The notes under the pieces are model-generated. The model did not search any database. It was not told the origin of the DNA and saw only the letters and a list, made by a program, of their open reading frames with translations. 64,000 nt of DNA from Prochlorococcus sp. AG-355-B18 (GTDB lineage Bacteria > Cyanobacteriota > Cyanobacteriia > PCC-6307 > Cyanobiaceae). The stretch spans positions 32,001 to 96,000 of the forward strand of contig QCDI01000005.1 in the NCBI GenBank assembly GCA_003280965.1. Direction: 5' to 3'. The translations under genes and the position numbers were made by a program. Below, in pieces: positions 41,312 through 51,884 of the stretch. Within the stretch, counting starts at the first letter, position 1; every line of letters starts with the position of its first letter.

Positions 41312-42421
41312 ATGTCAGATATCTTAGTACTAATTTTATTTGTATTGTCTGGAGCTGCTTCAGGATGGCTTGGGGTTGATTTATTGCCAGTAGACATACT
41401 CAAACAGGTATCTAATGTAGAGGGTTTTAGAATCGTTTTAGCAATAATTGGTTTTTTCATTGGTTTAGCTGCTGGTTTTGTATTCTTACAACTTAGAAAG
41501 ACCTTCCTTGATCAAATAAGGACAATGCCTACAGATTTATTAATTAGTAGATCCGTTGGCTTAATTTTAGGATTACTTGTTGCGAATCTCCTTCTTGCTC
41601 CAATACTTTTAATTCCCTTTCCAAGGGAAGTCTTTTTTGCAAAACCCTTAGCAGCTATATTAAGCAATATTTTCTTTGGAGTACTTGGTTACAAGTTAGC
41701 AGATACTCATGGCAGGACATTACTGAGATTATTTAACCCCAATAATACGGATGCATATCTTGTTAACGAAGGAATACTCCCTGCTGCAAGTCCAAAAATT
41801 CTTGATACCAGTGTAATTATTGATGGAAGAATAAATGGTTTATTGAGTTGCGGCTTGTTAGAAGGGCAATTAATTGTTGCTCAAAGTGTAATTGATGAAT
41901 TACAAACTTTAGCAGACTCAAGCAGCAATGAAAAAAGGTCTAAAGGCAGAAGAGGTCTAAAATTGTTGAAAGAACTAAGAGATTTATACGGAAGAAGACT
42001 TGTAATTAATCCAACAAAGTATGAAGGGAATGGGGTAGATGAAAAACTCTTGAAAATTACTGAAGATATGACAGGAACTCTGATTACGGCAGACTATAAT
42101 CTTTCTCAGATTGCAGAAGTTAAAGAATTAAAAGTTATGAATTTGAGTGATTTGGTTATTGCTTTAAGACCAGAAGTACAGCCAGGAGAATCACTTAATA
42201 TAAAAATCGTGAGAGAAGGAAAAGAAAAAATGCAAGGTATTGGCTATCTAGATGATGGAACAATGGTTGTTATTGATGAAGCAAAGAATTTTGTTGGAAG
42301 CAGATTAGATATTGTAATCACAGGAGCACTACAAACTCCTACTGGAAGAATGGTCTTTGGAAAACTTATAAATAATCCTGAGTCAAACAAATCTTTTAAA
42401 TCACCAGCGACACAGGGCTAA
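41312..42421 (+). CDS. Membrane-anchored PIN/TRAM domain protein (YacL/Ycf81-like)
   Basis: Four N-terminal TM segments; ILDTSVIIDGR PIN motif; GIGYLDDGTMVV TRAM; QTPTGRMVF. Confidence 0.92.
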   Translation: MSDILVLILFVLSGAASGWLGVDLLPVDILKQVSNVEGFRIVLAIIGFFIGLAAGFVFLQLRKTFLDQIRTMPTDLLISRSVGLILGLLVANLLLAPILLIPFPREVFFAKPLAAILSNIFFGVLGYKLADTHGRTLLRLFNPNNTDAYLVNEGILPAASPKILDTSVIIDGRINGLLSCGLLEGQLIVAQSVIDELQTLADSSSNEKRSKGRRGLKLLKELRDLYGRRLVINPTKYEGNGVDEKLLKITEDMTGTLITADYNLSQIAEVKELKVMNLSDLVIALRPEVQPGESLNIKIVREGKEKMQGIGYLDDGTMVVIDEAKNFVGSRLDIVITGALQTPTGRMVFGKLINNPESNKSFKSPATQG

Positions 42422-42452
42422 ATGTAGCTAGAATCAGTTCAATCTTAATTTT

Positions 42453-43124
42453 GTGATACAAATGACTGTATCTGCTCCTTATTACGGCGAAAACACCGTT
42501 ATGAGGACCCCGCCCCCTGATCTACCATCTCTGTTACTTAAAGAGAGAATTGTCTATCTTGGTTTACCATTATTTTCAGATGATGATGCCAAAAGACAAT
42601 TAGGAATGGATGTTACTGAGCTAATCATTGCTCAACTTCTTTATCTAGAGTTTGAGGATCCAGAAAAACCTATCTATTTTTATATAAACTCAACAGGGAC
42701 AAGTTGGTACACTGGTGACGCAGTTGGTTTCGAAACAGAAGCTTTCGCTATCTGCGATACAATAAGTTATATCAAGCCACCAGTTCATACAATCTGTATC
42801 GGACAAGCGATGGGAACTGCCGCAGTTATCCTTTCATCAGGCACAAAGGGGCAAAGAGCTGCCCTACCGCACGCCTCTATTGTTTTGCATCAACCTATAA
42901 GTGGAGCAAGAGGTCAAGCAACAGATATCCAAATAAGGGCTGAGGAAGTTCTAAAAAACAAAAAATCAATGCTCGAAATTTTATCCCGTAATACTGGTAA
43001 GACTATCGAAGAACTATCTAAAGACTCAGACAGGATGAGTTATCTTAATCCTCAAGAAGCCTTAGATTATGGAGTTATCGACAGAATACTCACAAGTCAA
43101 AAAGATTTACCAAAAAAAATTTAA
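42453..43124 (+). CDS. clpR: Non-catalytic Clp protease subunit ClpR
   Basis: PPPDLPSLLLKERIVYLG; catalytic Ser replaced (GQAMGTAA). Confidence 0.9.
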   Translation: MIQMTVSAPYYGENTVMRTPPPDLPSLLLKERIVYLGLPLFSDDDAKRQLGMDVTELIIAQLLYLEFEDPEKPIYFYINSTGTSWYTGDAVGFETEAFAICDTISYIKPPVHTICIGQAMGTAAVILSSGTKGQRAALPHASIVLHQPISGARGQATDIQIRAEEVLKNKKSMLEILSRNTGKTIEELSKDSDRMSYLNPQEALDYGVIDRILTSQKDLPKKI

Positions 43125-43150
43125 CTCTCACAAAAAACTAATTTAAAAAC

Positions 43151-43762
43151 ATGCCAATAGGAACTCCAAGCGTGCCCTACAGACTTCCAGGAAGTCAATA
43201 CGAAAGATGGGTTGACATATACACAAGACTAGGTGTTGAAAGAATTCTTTTTCTTGGTCAAGAAGTTAACGATGGTATTGCTAACAGCCTTGTTGCACAA
43301 ATGCTTTATCTTGATTCTGATGACAATTCCAAACCTATTTACCTATATATAAATAGCCCAGGAGGCTCAGTAACCGCAGGCTTGGCTATATACGACACTA
43401 TTAAATATGTAAAAAGTGATGTAGTTACTATATGCGTTGGACTGGCAGCCTCCATGGGTGCGTTCTTATTGGCCGCTGGCACAAAAGGTAAAAGAGTTGC
43501 TTTACCTCACAGTAGAATAATGATTCATCAACCCCTTGGAGGAACATCTCAACGTCAAGCAAGTGATATTGAAATAGAAGCTAAGGAAATTTTAAGAATT
43601 AAAGACATGTTAAACATGTCTATGGCTGATATGACAGGTCAATCATTCGAGAAGATTGAAAAGGATACAGATAGAGATTATTTTCTAAGCGCAGAAGAGG
43701 CAAAAAACTATGGCCTAATTGATAGAGTAATCACACATCCAAGTGAGGCAAATCAGGCCTAA
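43151..43762 (+). CDS. clpP: ATP-dependent Clp protease proteolytic subunit (ClpP3-type)
   Basis: YINSPGG, GLAASMG (Ser), MIHQP (His) and DRD (Asp) motifs. Confidence 0.96.
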   Translation: MPIGTPSVPYRLPGSQYERWVDIYTRLGVERILFLGQEVNDGIANSLVAQMLYLDSDDNSKPIYLYINSPGGSVTAGLAIYDTIKYVKSDVVTICVGLAASMGAFLLAAGTKGKRVALPHSRIMIHQPLGGTSQRQASDIEIEAKEILRIKDMLNMSMADMTGQSFEKIEKDTDRDYFLSAEEAKNYGLIDRVITHPSEANQA

Positions 43763-43872
43763 ATTTTCTAAATTAATATTTTAATTTTAATTTTTAAATT
43801 AATAATTTATTGGTTTATTTACACCTTTAATGTCTAAAATATTAATTATCAAATGCAAAGAAGTTACAACTA

Positions 43873-44862
43873 ATGACACAACTCTTTTACGACACAGATG
43901 CAGATCTAAGCCTTTTAAATAACAAAACAATAGCGATAATCGGATATGGTTCACAAGGTCATGCACATGCCTTAAACCTTAAAGATAGCGGTATGGATGT
44001 AATTGTAGGATTGTATAAGGGAAGTAAGTCTGAAAGCAAAGCCATCAGCGATGGTCTACAAGTATTTAGTGTTTCCGAAGCTTGCGAAAAAGCTGACTGG
44101 ATAATGATTCTCCTCCCCGATGAGTTTCAAAAAGATGTTTACCTCAAAGAAATAGAACCAAACCTAAAAGAAGGAAAGATATTAAGTTTTGCTCATGGTT
44201 TTAATATAAGATTCGGACTTATCAAACCTCCTAATTTTGTAGATGTTGTAATGATTGCTCCAAAAGGACCTGGACACACTGTTCGTTGGGAATACCAGAA
44301 TGGTCAAGGCGTTCCTGCATTATTTGCTGTAGAGCAGGATTCTTCTGGAAGTGCTAGATCGTTAGCGATGGCTTATGCTAAAGGTATTGGTGGAACAAGA
44401 GCTGGGATACTCGAAACAAATTTCAAAGAAGAAACAGAAACCGATTTATTTGGAGAACAAGCCGTTTTATGTGGAGGCTTATCAGAACTAGTCAAATCAG
44501 GCTTCGAAACTCTTGTAGAAGCAGGATATCAACCAGAACTTGCTTACTTCGAATGCTTACATGAAGTTAAACTTATTGTTGATCTAATGGTGAAGGGCGG
44601 CTTATCTCAAATGAGAGATTCCATTTCAAATACTGCAGAATATGGAGATTATGTTAGTGGCAAAAGACTTATTAATAGTGATACAAAGAGAGAAATGCAG
44701 AAAATTCTAAAAGATATTCAAGATGGGACTTTCGCTAAGAATTTTGTAGAAGAATGCGATAGAAATAAGCCCTTAATGGCAAAATTAAGAGAAGAGAACT
44801 CAAAACATGAAATTGAGAAAGTAGGTAAAGGGTTGCGCTCTATGTTCAGTTGGCTGAAATAA
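43873..44862 (+). CDS. ilvC: Ketol-acid reductoisomerase
   Basis: [24 protein letters not shown] and SNTAEYG motifs. Confidence 0.98.
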   Translation: MTQLFYDTDADLSLLNNKTIAIIGYGSQGHAHALNLKDSGMDVIVGLYKGSKSESKAISDGLQVFSVSEACEKADWIMILLPDEFQKDVYLKEIEPNLKEGKILSFAHGFNIRFGLIKPPNFVDVVMIAPKGPGHTVRWEYQNGQGVPALFAVEQDSSGSARSLAMAYAKGIGGTRAGILETNFKEETETDLFGEQAVLCGGLSELVKSGFETLVEAGYQPELAYFECLHEVKLIVDLMVKGGLSQMRDSISNTAEYGDYVSGKRLINSDTKREMQKILKDIQDGTFAKNFVEECDRNKPLMAKLREENSKHEIEKVGKGLRSMFSWLK

Positions 44863-45878
44863 ATTTATTTTTAATATTTCTTGGGTCGATAGGTTTTGAT
44901 TTATTGATAGGGGATCCAAGATTCTTAATCCACCCTGTTCAAATTATTGGCTTTTTCATAAAAAAAATATCTGATTACCTCATAAATAATTTTGGGAAAA
45001 ATAAAAAGATATTATTTTGGGGCGGTTTCATTGTCGCTATATCTACTATTGGAATTAGCTTAAGTTTAGGAAAATTGATAGAACTCAGTTATGTGCAATC
45101 AAGAAATCAAGTTTTTAGTGGATTTTTAATTTTTTTAGGACTATCAAGTTGTATTGCTACTAAAGGACTGATTTCAAGTGTTAAAGAGATCGCAATGCTA
45201 ATTGAACGTAAGGAAATTAATGAAAAAAATAAGATCATAATCAAAGAAAAGGTTCAAAGAATAGTTAGTAGGGATGTAAGTTCCTCTTCTATAGAACATC
45301 TTTTGAGATCAAGCACCGAGAGTCTTACTGAAAATTCGGTTGATGGAATATTTGGGCCATTATTTTGGATTTTTATTGGAATTATTTTTATGAAGTTCTC
45401 GATTTTTTTGCCAGGACCCCTATCACTTGGTTTCTCTTACAAAGCAATAAGTACTTTAGATTCAATGATAGGTTACAAATATGATTACTTTAGATATTTA
45501 GGTTTTTTTAGTGCAAGAATCGAAGATATTTTTACGTTTGTTCCTTCAAGATTAGTTTTAATCACTTTACCTTTAGCTAGTTCTAAAGTTAATGAATATA
45601 TATCAATCATTAAAAAAAGTTATCTTGATGGTAAAAAATATGATTCGCCTAATGCTGGGATTTCGGAAGCTATATTTGCACATATTTCTAATATTAAATT
45701 AGGGGGGGAAAGTAAATATAAAAATGAAATTATTGAAAAGCCAATAATCAATGCTAGTGGAGAAATTTGCAGTGGCGAGAAAATTAAATTAATTTGTCAA
45801 TTAATTTTGAGATTACAATTTTTATGGATAATAATGTTTATTTTAATTTTTTTTATAATTTCGAGTTTAATTCACTAA
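44850..45878 (+). CDS. cbiB: Adenosylcobinamide-phosphate synthase CbiB/CobD
   Basis: GDP...[26 protein letters not shown] and SPNAG motifs. Confidence 0.93.
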   Translation: MAEINLFLIFLGSIGFDLLIGDPRFLIHPVQIIGFFIKKISDYLINNFGKNKKILFWGGFIVAISTIGISLSLGKLIELSYVQSRNQVFSGFLIFLGLSSCIATKGLISSVKEIAMLIERKEINEKNKIIIKEKVQRIVSRDVSSSSIEHLLRSSTESLTENSVDGIFGPLFWIFIGIIFMKFSIFLPGPLSLGFSYKAISTLDSMIGYKYDYFRYLGFFSARIEDIFTFVPSRLVLITLPLASSKVNEYISIIKKSYLDGKKYDSPNAGISEAIFAHISNIKLGGESKYKNEIIEKPIINASGEICSGEKIKLICQLILRLQFLWIIMFILIFFIISSLIH

Positions 45879-45919
45879 TAAAATAGTTTAAAAATATTAG
45901 TATAAACAAAAAAGAATCT

Positions 45920-46138
45920 ATGCAAGAAAAAGACTCTCTTATGGAAAATCAAAATGATAATGAAGATTCAAAATGGGTAGACAATCAGGGAGATGAAGTA
46001 AAGAATGTTTTTGGATTTAACAGTAGCGCTGAGCTTGTGAATGGCAGAGCAGCTATGATAGGGTTCTTAATGCTTATATTAACTGAATTGGTTTTGAGCG
46101 GCAGGCCTGTGACTTCTTCAATTTTTGGTATCAATTAA
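45920..46138 (+). CDS. hli: High-light-inducible protein (HLIP)
   Basis: AELVNGRAAMIGF chlorophyll-binding motif followed by one TM segment. Confidence 0.93.
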   Translation: MQEKDSLMENQNDNEDSKWVDNQGDEVKNVFGFNSSAELVNGRAAMIGFLMLILTELVLSGRPVTSSIFGIN

Positions 46139-46140
46139 AA

Positions 46141-46353
46141 ATGGAAGAAAAAAAATCTAATTCAATAAAAGTAATCCTATACATATCTATATGGGTAATA
46201 ATTTGGGGAACACTAGGTTCTTTCATAGATTATCCTCTTTATAAAAATAAAATTTACTTAGAAGGAAGCATATATCAGTATCTTACTTTCACAGTTACAG
46301 CAATAATATCCGTAATAGGTGCAAAGTTTTTTTATAAAAAATTTGAGTTATAA
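46141..46353 (+). CDS. Small two-TM hypothetical protein
   Basis: Starts 2 nt after the hli stop; two hydrophobic helices. Confidence 0.7.
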   Translation: MEEKKSNSIKVILYISIWVIIWGTLGSFIDYPLYKNKIYLEGSIYQYLTFTVTAIISVIGAKFFYKKFEL

Positions 46354-46605
46354 AAATTTATACCTAAATTTCTTAATAATTTTAGCTGGTTCTTTTTTTT
46401 CATTTGACTCGTAGAGTATCCATTGATGTGTTTCGGTATCATGATCACAACCATAATTTCCCGATAGATTATCGTAACTTGAAAGATATGAATGACAATT
46501 CTGATCTGCCTCAAAAGCAGAGTCATAGCCGGTTAGAAAATATATCAAAAATAGAAGTATTACTAACATTAAAAATACTTGAAAAACTAAATTTAGTAAC
46601 TTCAT
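46348..46605 (-). CDS. Small membrane-anchored hypothetical protein with Cys/His motif
   Basis: N-terminal TM, then ADQNCH...YGCDHDTETHQWIL. Confidence 0.7.
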   Translation of the reverse strand: MKLLNLVFQVFLMLVILLFLIYFLTGYDSAFEADQNCHSYLSSYDNLSGNYGCDHDTETHQWILYESNEKKEPAKIIKKFRYKFL

Positions 46606-46660
46606 GAGAATTTCTAAAATTTTAATATATCATTTAAGAAAATTTTCAATCTAAAAATGT

Positions 46661-46906
46661 TTAACGGCCAACATTAAAAACAAATTCATGAAATTCTTGA
46701 TTCTTTAAATAAAGGATGACTAGCAATATTAAAATCATATTTAAGCCTAGTACTATTGATCCAAAAATATTTATTTGTTTTTTACCTGGCAAAGTGTAAG
46801 TAAATTTCTTACCTTTAAGAAAAGATTTTAAGCCTTTTCTTTCTTTTTTTGATTCTTTTATTTCAGCATCTTTTTTAACTTCATTATCAGAGAAACCTTT
46901 TACCAT
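46661..46906 (-). CDS. Small single-TM hypothetical protein
   Basis: Starts MVKGF, Lys-rich N-part, one TM segment, ends FVFNVGR. Confidence 0.65.
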   Translation of the reverse strand: MVKGFSDNEVKKDAEIKESKKERKGLKSFLKGKKFTYTLPGKKQINIFGSIVLGLNMILILLVILYLKNQEFHEFVFNVGR

Positions 46907-46961
46907 TTCAACTTTAAAACCAAATTTTATAATATTCCAAAAAAATAAAATTTTTTTATAA

Positions 46962-47273
46962 TTAACAATTTTTAATCACATATGGGATCATAAATGAAAT
47001 TCTCTCATTTGAGAAATTTTTTAAAAAATAAGCTTCAATAATTGCTGACTGCATTCCCAATAAACTTGATTGACATTTGAATCTATTTTGGTCAAATACA
47101 ACTAATTGAAGTCTTTCTATTTTAGAAACTAACTCTTTACAGACTTGGGGTTGAGAATCTTTAATACAATCACTAGATTCTTTTAAAATCTTGGATTTTG
47201 TTGGTATTGTTTCTGCCATAACAAAATTAGATAACAACAAAAATTTTAGGAATAAAAAAATTAAACATTTCAT
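46962..47273 (-). CDS. Putative secreted protein with four Cys in the mature part
   Basis: Signal-peptide-like N-terminus ending VMA; C..C..CQSSLLG..C-terminal Cys. Confidence 0.7.
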   Translation of the reverse strand: MKCLIFLFLKFLLLSNFVMAETIPTKSKILKESSDCIKDSQPQVCKELVSKIERLQLVVFDQNRFKCQSSLLGMQSAIIEAYFLKNFSNERISFMIPYVIKNC

Positions 47274-47349
47274 TACTTATTAAGACTTCAAAATTTAAGA
47301 TAACTTTTTAAGAGTTTTGGTCATTGAGCTAAAGGCATTTTATTGAAAT

Positions 47350-47378
47350 AAAAAAAAGATGCTCTTAATGAGCACCTT
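47350..47378 (-). terminator. Rho-independent terminator of hup
   Basis: Minus strand AAGGTGCTC-ATTAA-GAGCATCTT followed by a T-run, 30 nt after the hup stop. Confidence 0.8.
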
Positions 47379-47408
47379 GGTATTAAAGAGAGAAATAGGT
47401 TAAAAAGT

Positions 47409-47684
47409 TTAGCCTTGAACTCTATCCTTAAAAAGTTTACCTGCTGAGAATGTTGGAACTCTTTTAGCAGGTATTGCTATTTTTTCGCCTGTCTTAGGGT
47501 TTAATCCCTGTCTTGCAGAACGATCTCTTGGCTCGAAAGAACCAAATCCTAGTATGGAGACTTTTTTGCCTTCCACTACTGAATCAACAATAGTTTCAAT
47601 AGCTGCATCAACAACTAAAGAAACATCCGTTTTTGTGAGCTCTGTACGAGCAGCAACAAGATTTACTAAATCAGCTTTGTTCAT
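47409..47684 (-). CDS. hup: DNA-binding protein HU
   Basis: MNKADLV, GFGSF, RQGLNPKTGE and PTFSAGK motifs. Confidence 0.97.
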   Translation of the reverse strand: MNKADLVNLVAARTELTKTDVSLVVDAAIETIVDSVVEGKKVSILGFGSFEPRDRSARQGLNPKTGEKIAIPAKRVPTFSAGKLFKDRVQG

Positions 47685-47753
47685 TGAATTGTTTGTAAAG
47701 CAGAGATTTGTAGAAAAGAGTTTTAGTCAAGCCTAAAAACCTCGAACTTGCAT

Positions 47754-47782
47754 ATCATATGGAGCAAATACAAATACGGCAA
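47754..47782 (-). promoter_or_regulatory. Sigma70-type promoter of hup
   Basis: Minus strand TTGCCG, 17-nt spacer, TATGAT; implies a TSS near 47747. Confidence 0.65.
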
Positions 47783-48310
47783 CCGAAAATGCCGGCGGCG
47801 CAAAGCTTTATACAAATCTTAGGGACATATTTAGCTATATTATTTGTTTTTTTAGCGGCATATTTTTCTAAAATAAAAAATGGCCTCTTAAATTAGAAAA
47901 CAGGCAAAACCCTTGGTAACACTAGATTTAGTCTTAAAAATCTAACTTCATTTATCAAAGGAAGAAATGTCAAAGAGTCGTGAAGTTCATAATTTGGAGA
48001 ATTTATTATGTTTTATTAATTTTCAGATATATTTCCTTCTCATCACATGAAAAAGCATGATTTGTATTTTGAAATCAAGAAAAATCTGTTTTTCTCATTA
48101 TTAAATTTTCTCTCTAAATCGTTCTATGCACTAAGCAAATGGATGATTAAATTGCAATATAATTAGAAAATCAATACTCTCCAAAATCTAATAAATTTAA
48201 TTAGTGAAACCTTAAATTTAAGTTTTTTTTTTAATTTTGCATCTATTATTCAAATATCAGTAATTTGAATAAATTATCTCAATATTTAACTAATCAATGA
48301 TAAAGAGAAA

Positions 48311-50344
48311 GTGACTCATATCAATAAAGGTAAACCATTTCCTTTAGGAAGTTCTCTAACTTCACAAGGAGTTAATTTTTCCCTCATAGCCACAAGTGCA
48401 GAATATGTAGAAATCTTATTGTTTGAGAAAGAAGACTCTATTTTCCCAAAAACTATATTGAAATTAGATCAGAGCCATAATACAGGGCCCTACTGGCATG
48501 TGGAAATAAAAAATCTAAATGTAGGTTGTATCTATGCTTTTAGAATAAAACAAAAAAATAATGAAATTAATAATAATTATGAAAAAAAAGTATTACTTGA
48601 TCCATGCGCAAGGGGTATTACTGGATGGGGAAGTTATGAAAGAAAAAATGCATTAAAAACTCAAGAGAATACTAATTCTTGTCTTAAAAGCGTTGTTTGC
48701 GATAGAAAATTATTTAATTTTAAGGATTATCCAAGACCGAAACATTCTTGGGAAGAAACAATTATTTATGAACTCCATATCAAATCCTTCACTGAATCAA
48801 CTGATAAAAATGAAAGTTGTTGCAAGAAATTTTTAAAAAAAATACCGTATCTCAAAGAACTTGGTATTACAACAATTGAATTACTTCCAATTTTTTGTTT
48901 TGATCCAACTGATGCACCAAATGGTTTAGAGAATTTTTGGGGTTATAGTCCAATCAATTGGTTTACCCCTCATTTTGAATATCTTACGAATGAGTCCGCC
49001 GAAAAGAATAGAGAGGAATTTAGAAGATTAGTAGAGGAATGTCATAAAGCAGATATTGAAGTCATCTTAGATGTTGTATACAATCACACATCTGAGGGAG
49101 ATTCTCAAGGTCCTGCAATATCATGGAAAGGTATAGATGAAAATCTTTATTACTTTATAGGAAAAGATAAAAATTATCAGGACGTCTCTGGGTGCGGTAA
49201 TACTATTGCAGCAAACAGAGGACTAGTGAGAAAACTAATAATTGAATCATTAAAATGTTGGGCGAGTGAATTTGGAGTAGATGGATTTAGATTTGATTTA
49301 GGAATTGCCCTATCAAGAGGAGAAAATCTTTCGCCACTCGAAAATCCTCCAATCTTTGAAGATATTGAATGTGAACCAGAACTTATCGATATCAAATTTA
49401 TAAGTGAACCATGGGATTGTGGTGGTTTATATAAATTAGGTGATTTCCCATCTAAGAATACTTTCACTTGGAATGGTCATTTTAGAGATGACTTGCGGAG
49501 ATTTTGGAAGGGGGATAAAGATACAGCTTGGAATATGAGCGATAAAATAAAAGGTTCTCCATCGATTTATAAAGAAGATAATATTTTCCCAAAATCAATA
49601 AATTTTATTACTTCACATGATGGATTTACTCTTAAAGATTTAGTAACTTTCAATAGAAAACATAATTTTGCCAATAGAGAACAAAATAGAGATGGTGATA
49701 ACCATAACAATTCTTGGAATCATGGTATAGAGGGACCAACAACAAACTTATTAATCAATGATTTAAGAAAAAGACAACAAAAAAATCTTATTCTTAGTTT
49801 ACTTATCTCTAAAGGTGTTCCAATGATACTTATGGGCGATGAGATAGGAAGGTCACAAGGCGGTAACAATAATTCTTGGTGCCAAAATAATTTATTGGGC
49901 TGGATGAATTGGGAACATGGTCAACAAGATTTGGAATTATTAGAATATTTTAAATACGTTATAAAAATACGCAAAAAATTAATAAACATTTTTAATCCAT
50001 CATCCTTCCTTAACAAACAAACCAATGAAAATATCCCAAAATATCATTGGCATGGAACAAAATTAGATAGCCCCGATTGGAGTAGTTGGTCTCACACAGT
50101 TGCCTTTAGCATTAACAAAGGAAATACTAACCCCCTGGTATGGATTGGTTTTAATGCATATTCAAAAAGTATCGATTTCCACTTGCCGAAATGTAAATAT
50201 AATTGGTTAAAAGTTATTGACACCAACATGCTTGGGATTTTTGAACCCTTAACTATTAATGAAAAAACTGTATCAATAAAGAGTAGAAGCTCTTTATTAA
50301 TCATTTCAGAAGAAGTATTTGGGGCAAAAAATAATATATTCTAA
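48311..50344 (+). CDS. glgX: Glycogen debranching enzyme/isoamylase (GH13)
   Basis: PFPLG, IYELH, FWGY, DVVYNHT, DGFRFDL, EPWD, HDGFTL and GNNNSWCQ motifs. Confidence 0.95.
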   Translation: MTHINKGKPFPLGSSLTSQGVNFSLIATSAEYVEILLFEKEDSIFPKTILKLDQSHNTGPYWHVEIKNLNVGCIYAFRIKQKNNEINNNYEKKVLLDPCARGITGWGSYERKNALKTQENTNSCLKSVVCDRKLFNFKDYPRPKHSWEETIIYELHIKSFTESTDKNESCCKKFLKKIPYLKELGITTIELLPIFCFDPTDAPNGLENFWGYSPINWFTPHFEYLTNESAEKNREEFRRLVEECHKADIEVILDVVYNHTSEGDSQGPAISWKGIDENLYYFIGKDKNYQDVSGCGNTIAANRGLVRKLIIESLKCWASEFGVDGFRFDLGIALSRGENLSPLENPPIFEDIECEPELIDIKFISEPWDCGGLYKLGDFPSKNTFTWNGHFRDDLRRFWKGDKDTAWNMSDKIKGSPSIYKEDNIFPKSINFITSHDGFTLKDLVTFNRKHNFANREQNRDGDNHNNSWNHGIEGPTTNLLINDLRKRQQKNLILSLLISKGVPMILMGDEIGRSQGGNNNSWCQNNLLGWMNWEHGQQDLELLEYFKYVIKIRKKLINIFNPSSFLNKQTNENIPKYHWHGTKLDSPDWSSWSHTVAFSINKGNTNPLVWIGFNAYSKSIDFHLPKCKYNWLKVIDTNMLGIFEPLTINEKTVSIKSRSSLLIISEEVFGAKNNIF

Positions 50345-50345
50345 A

Positions 50346-50416
50346 AGCGGGCGGCGGGAATCGAACCCGCATCTTCAGCTTGGAAGGCTGAGGTTTTACC
50401 ACTAAACCACGCCCGC
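50346..50416 (-). tRNA. trnG: tRNA-Gly (UCC)
   Basis: Minus strand GCGGGCG...CGCCCGC plus T; anticodon arm TCAGC-CTTCCAA-GCTGA; GGTTCGATTCC; no encoded CCA. Confidence 0.97.
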
Positions 50417-50477
50417 ATTAAGTAATAGAATTACCATTGCAATAATACATTATCAAACAATCAACAAAGTAAAAAGA

Positions 50478-51875
50478 TTGGAAAATTCACACTCGAAAAA
50501 AAATATTTCTAGATCAACAACAAGATTAATGTTCTCTTATGGGCTGGGAGATGCAGGCACAGGTTTAGTCGCAACGCAATTTGGTTTTTTTCTTTTCAAA
50601 TTCTTTATTTCTGCTGGTTTACCAGTAATAATTGCAGGTTCATTATTAATGTTAATCAAGATATGGGATGCAGTTAATGATCCGTTAATTGGATGGTTAA
50701 GTGATCGTACCAAATCAAAATGGGGGCCTAGAATCCCTTGGATGGTAGCAGCATCTGTTCCTCTTGGTTTCTCTTTAGCTGCGATATGGTGGACACCAAC
50801 TGGTTCCGTGCTAAGCAAGACTATTTACTATGCCATAATTTCTATAGTCGTAATGACTGCTTATACAAGTATTAACCTTCCTTTTGCAGCTCTATCTACG
50901 GAAATTTCTGAAAAAACAGTAATAAGAACAAGATTAAACGCATCTAGATTTACTGGCTCAATAATTGCAGGACTAACTGGTTTAATCATCGCTGGGGTTG
51001 TATTAGGTTCTGAAGAATCAGCAAGTAATGAATATTTTTTAATGGGTAAAATAAGTGGATGTATAGCAGTTGCTGCAACATTAATTTCTTGTTGGGGTTT
51101 GGCTCCATTCGCGAAAAAAGCAAGAAGGCCTTCAGGAAAAGTTGAAGCTATAACATTACAATTCAAAAGGATTTTCAGAAATAAAAAATTTCTAAAAGTT
51201 ATTACGCTTTATATTCTTCTCTGGTGCGCCTTACAATTGATGCAAACGGTAGCTTTAATCTATGTAGAGGATGTACTGAATGTACCAACATATATTGCGA
51301 AGTGGATTCCGATACCTTTCCAAATAAGCGCTTTAGTGGGTTTACAAATATGGACCAGAGTATCAAATAAATTGAATAGGATTTCAGCTTTAAACTATGG
51401 AGCGATTATGTGGATTATTTCATGTACGGCCGCTTTATTTTTACCTTCATTATCGATAATTTCAGGAGTTGGGGATAGTCTATTCCTAAATCCCGGAAAC
51501 ATATTTCTGTTCATTCTTTTAATTTTCATAATCTGTCTTATTGGTATTGGAGCTTCAACCGCTTTTCTTATCCCTTGGTCACTACTTCCTGATGCAATAG
51601 ACGAAGATCCAGAGAAACCAGCAGGATTATATACTGCTTGGATGGTATTTATACAGAAGATTGGAATCGCCATTAGTGTTCAATTATTAGGATTTTTGCT
51701 TTATTTATCTGGTTATCAATCATGCTTTGTTGATAAAGATAGTCTAAATATTATTGAACAATGCTACTCAGCACAATTGACCATTAGATTATGTATTGGT
51801 TTTATACCCTCAATATTAGTAATTATCGGTCTTTTAATCATGAGAAAATGGGATCAAAAATTAATTACAAACTAA
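50478..51875 (+). CDS. MFS transporter, GPH/MelB (cation:glycoside symporter) family
   Basis: YGLGD, WDAVNDPLIGWLSDRT..KWGPR.PW, PWSLLPD motifs; about 12 TM segments. Confidence 0.9.
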   Translation: MENSHSKKNISRSTTRLMFSYGLGDAGTGLVATQFGFFLFKFFISAGLPVIIAGSLLMLIKIWDAVNDPLIGWLSDRTKSKWGPRIPWMVAASVPLGFSLAAIWWTPTGSVLSKTIYYAIISIVVMTAYTSINLPFAALSTEISEKTVIRTRLNASRFTGSIIAGLTGLIIAGVVLGSEESASNEYFLMGKISGCIAVAATLISCWGLAPFAKKARRPSGKVEAITLQFKRIFRNKKFLKVITLYILLWCALQLMQTVALIYVEDVLNVPTYIAKWIPIPFQISALVGLQIWTRVSNKLNRISALNYGAIMWIISCTAALFLPSLSIISGVGDSLFLNPGNIFLFILLIFIICLIGIGASTAFLIPWSLLPDAIDEDPEKPAGLYTAWMVFIQKIGIAISVQLLGFLLYLSGYQSCFVDKDSLNIIEQCYSAQLTIRLCIGFIPSILVIIGLLIMRKWDQKLITN

Positions 51876-51884
51876 TATAAAAAT

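Noticed and set aside
46332..46607. ORFs 46332-46526 (-) and 46404-46607 (+)
   Set aside because: Overlap the more protein-like 46348-46605 ORF in other frames
28061..50416. The three tRNAs as integration sites for an island or prophage
   Set aside because: No integrase and no duplicated tRNA 3' end noticed; core genes follow each tRNA's 3' end directly
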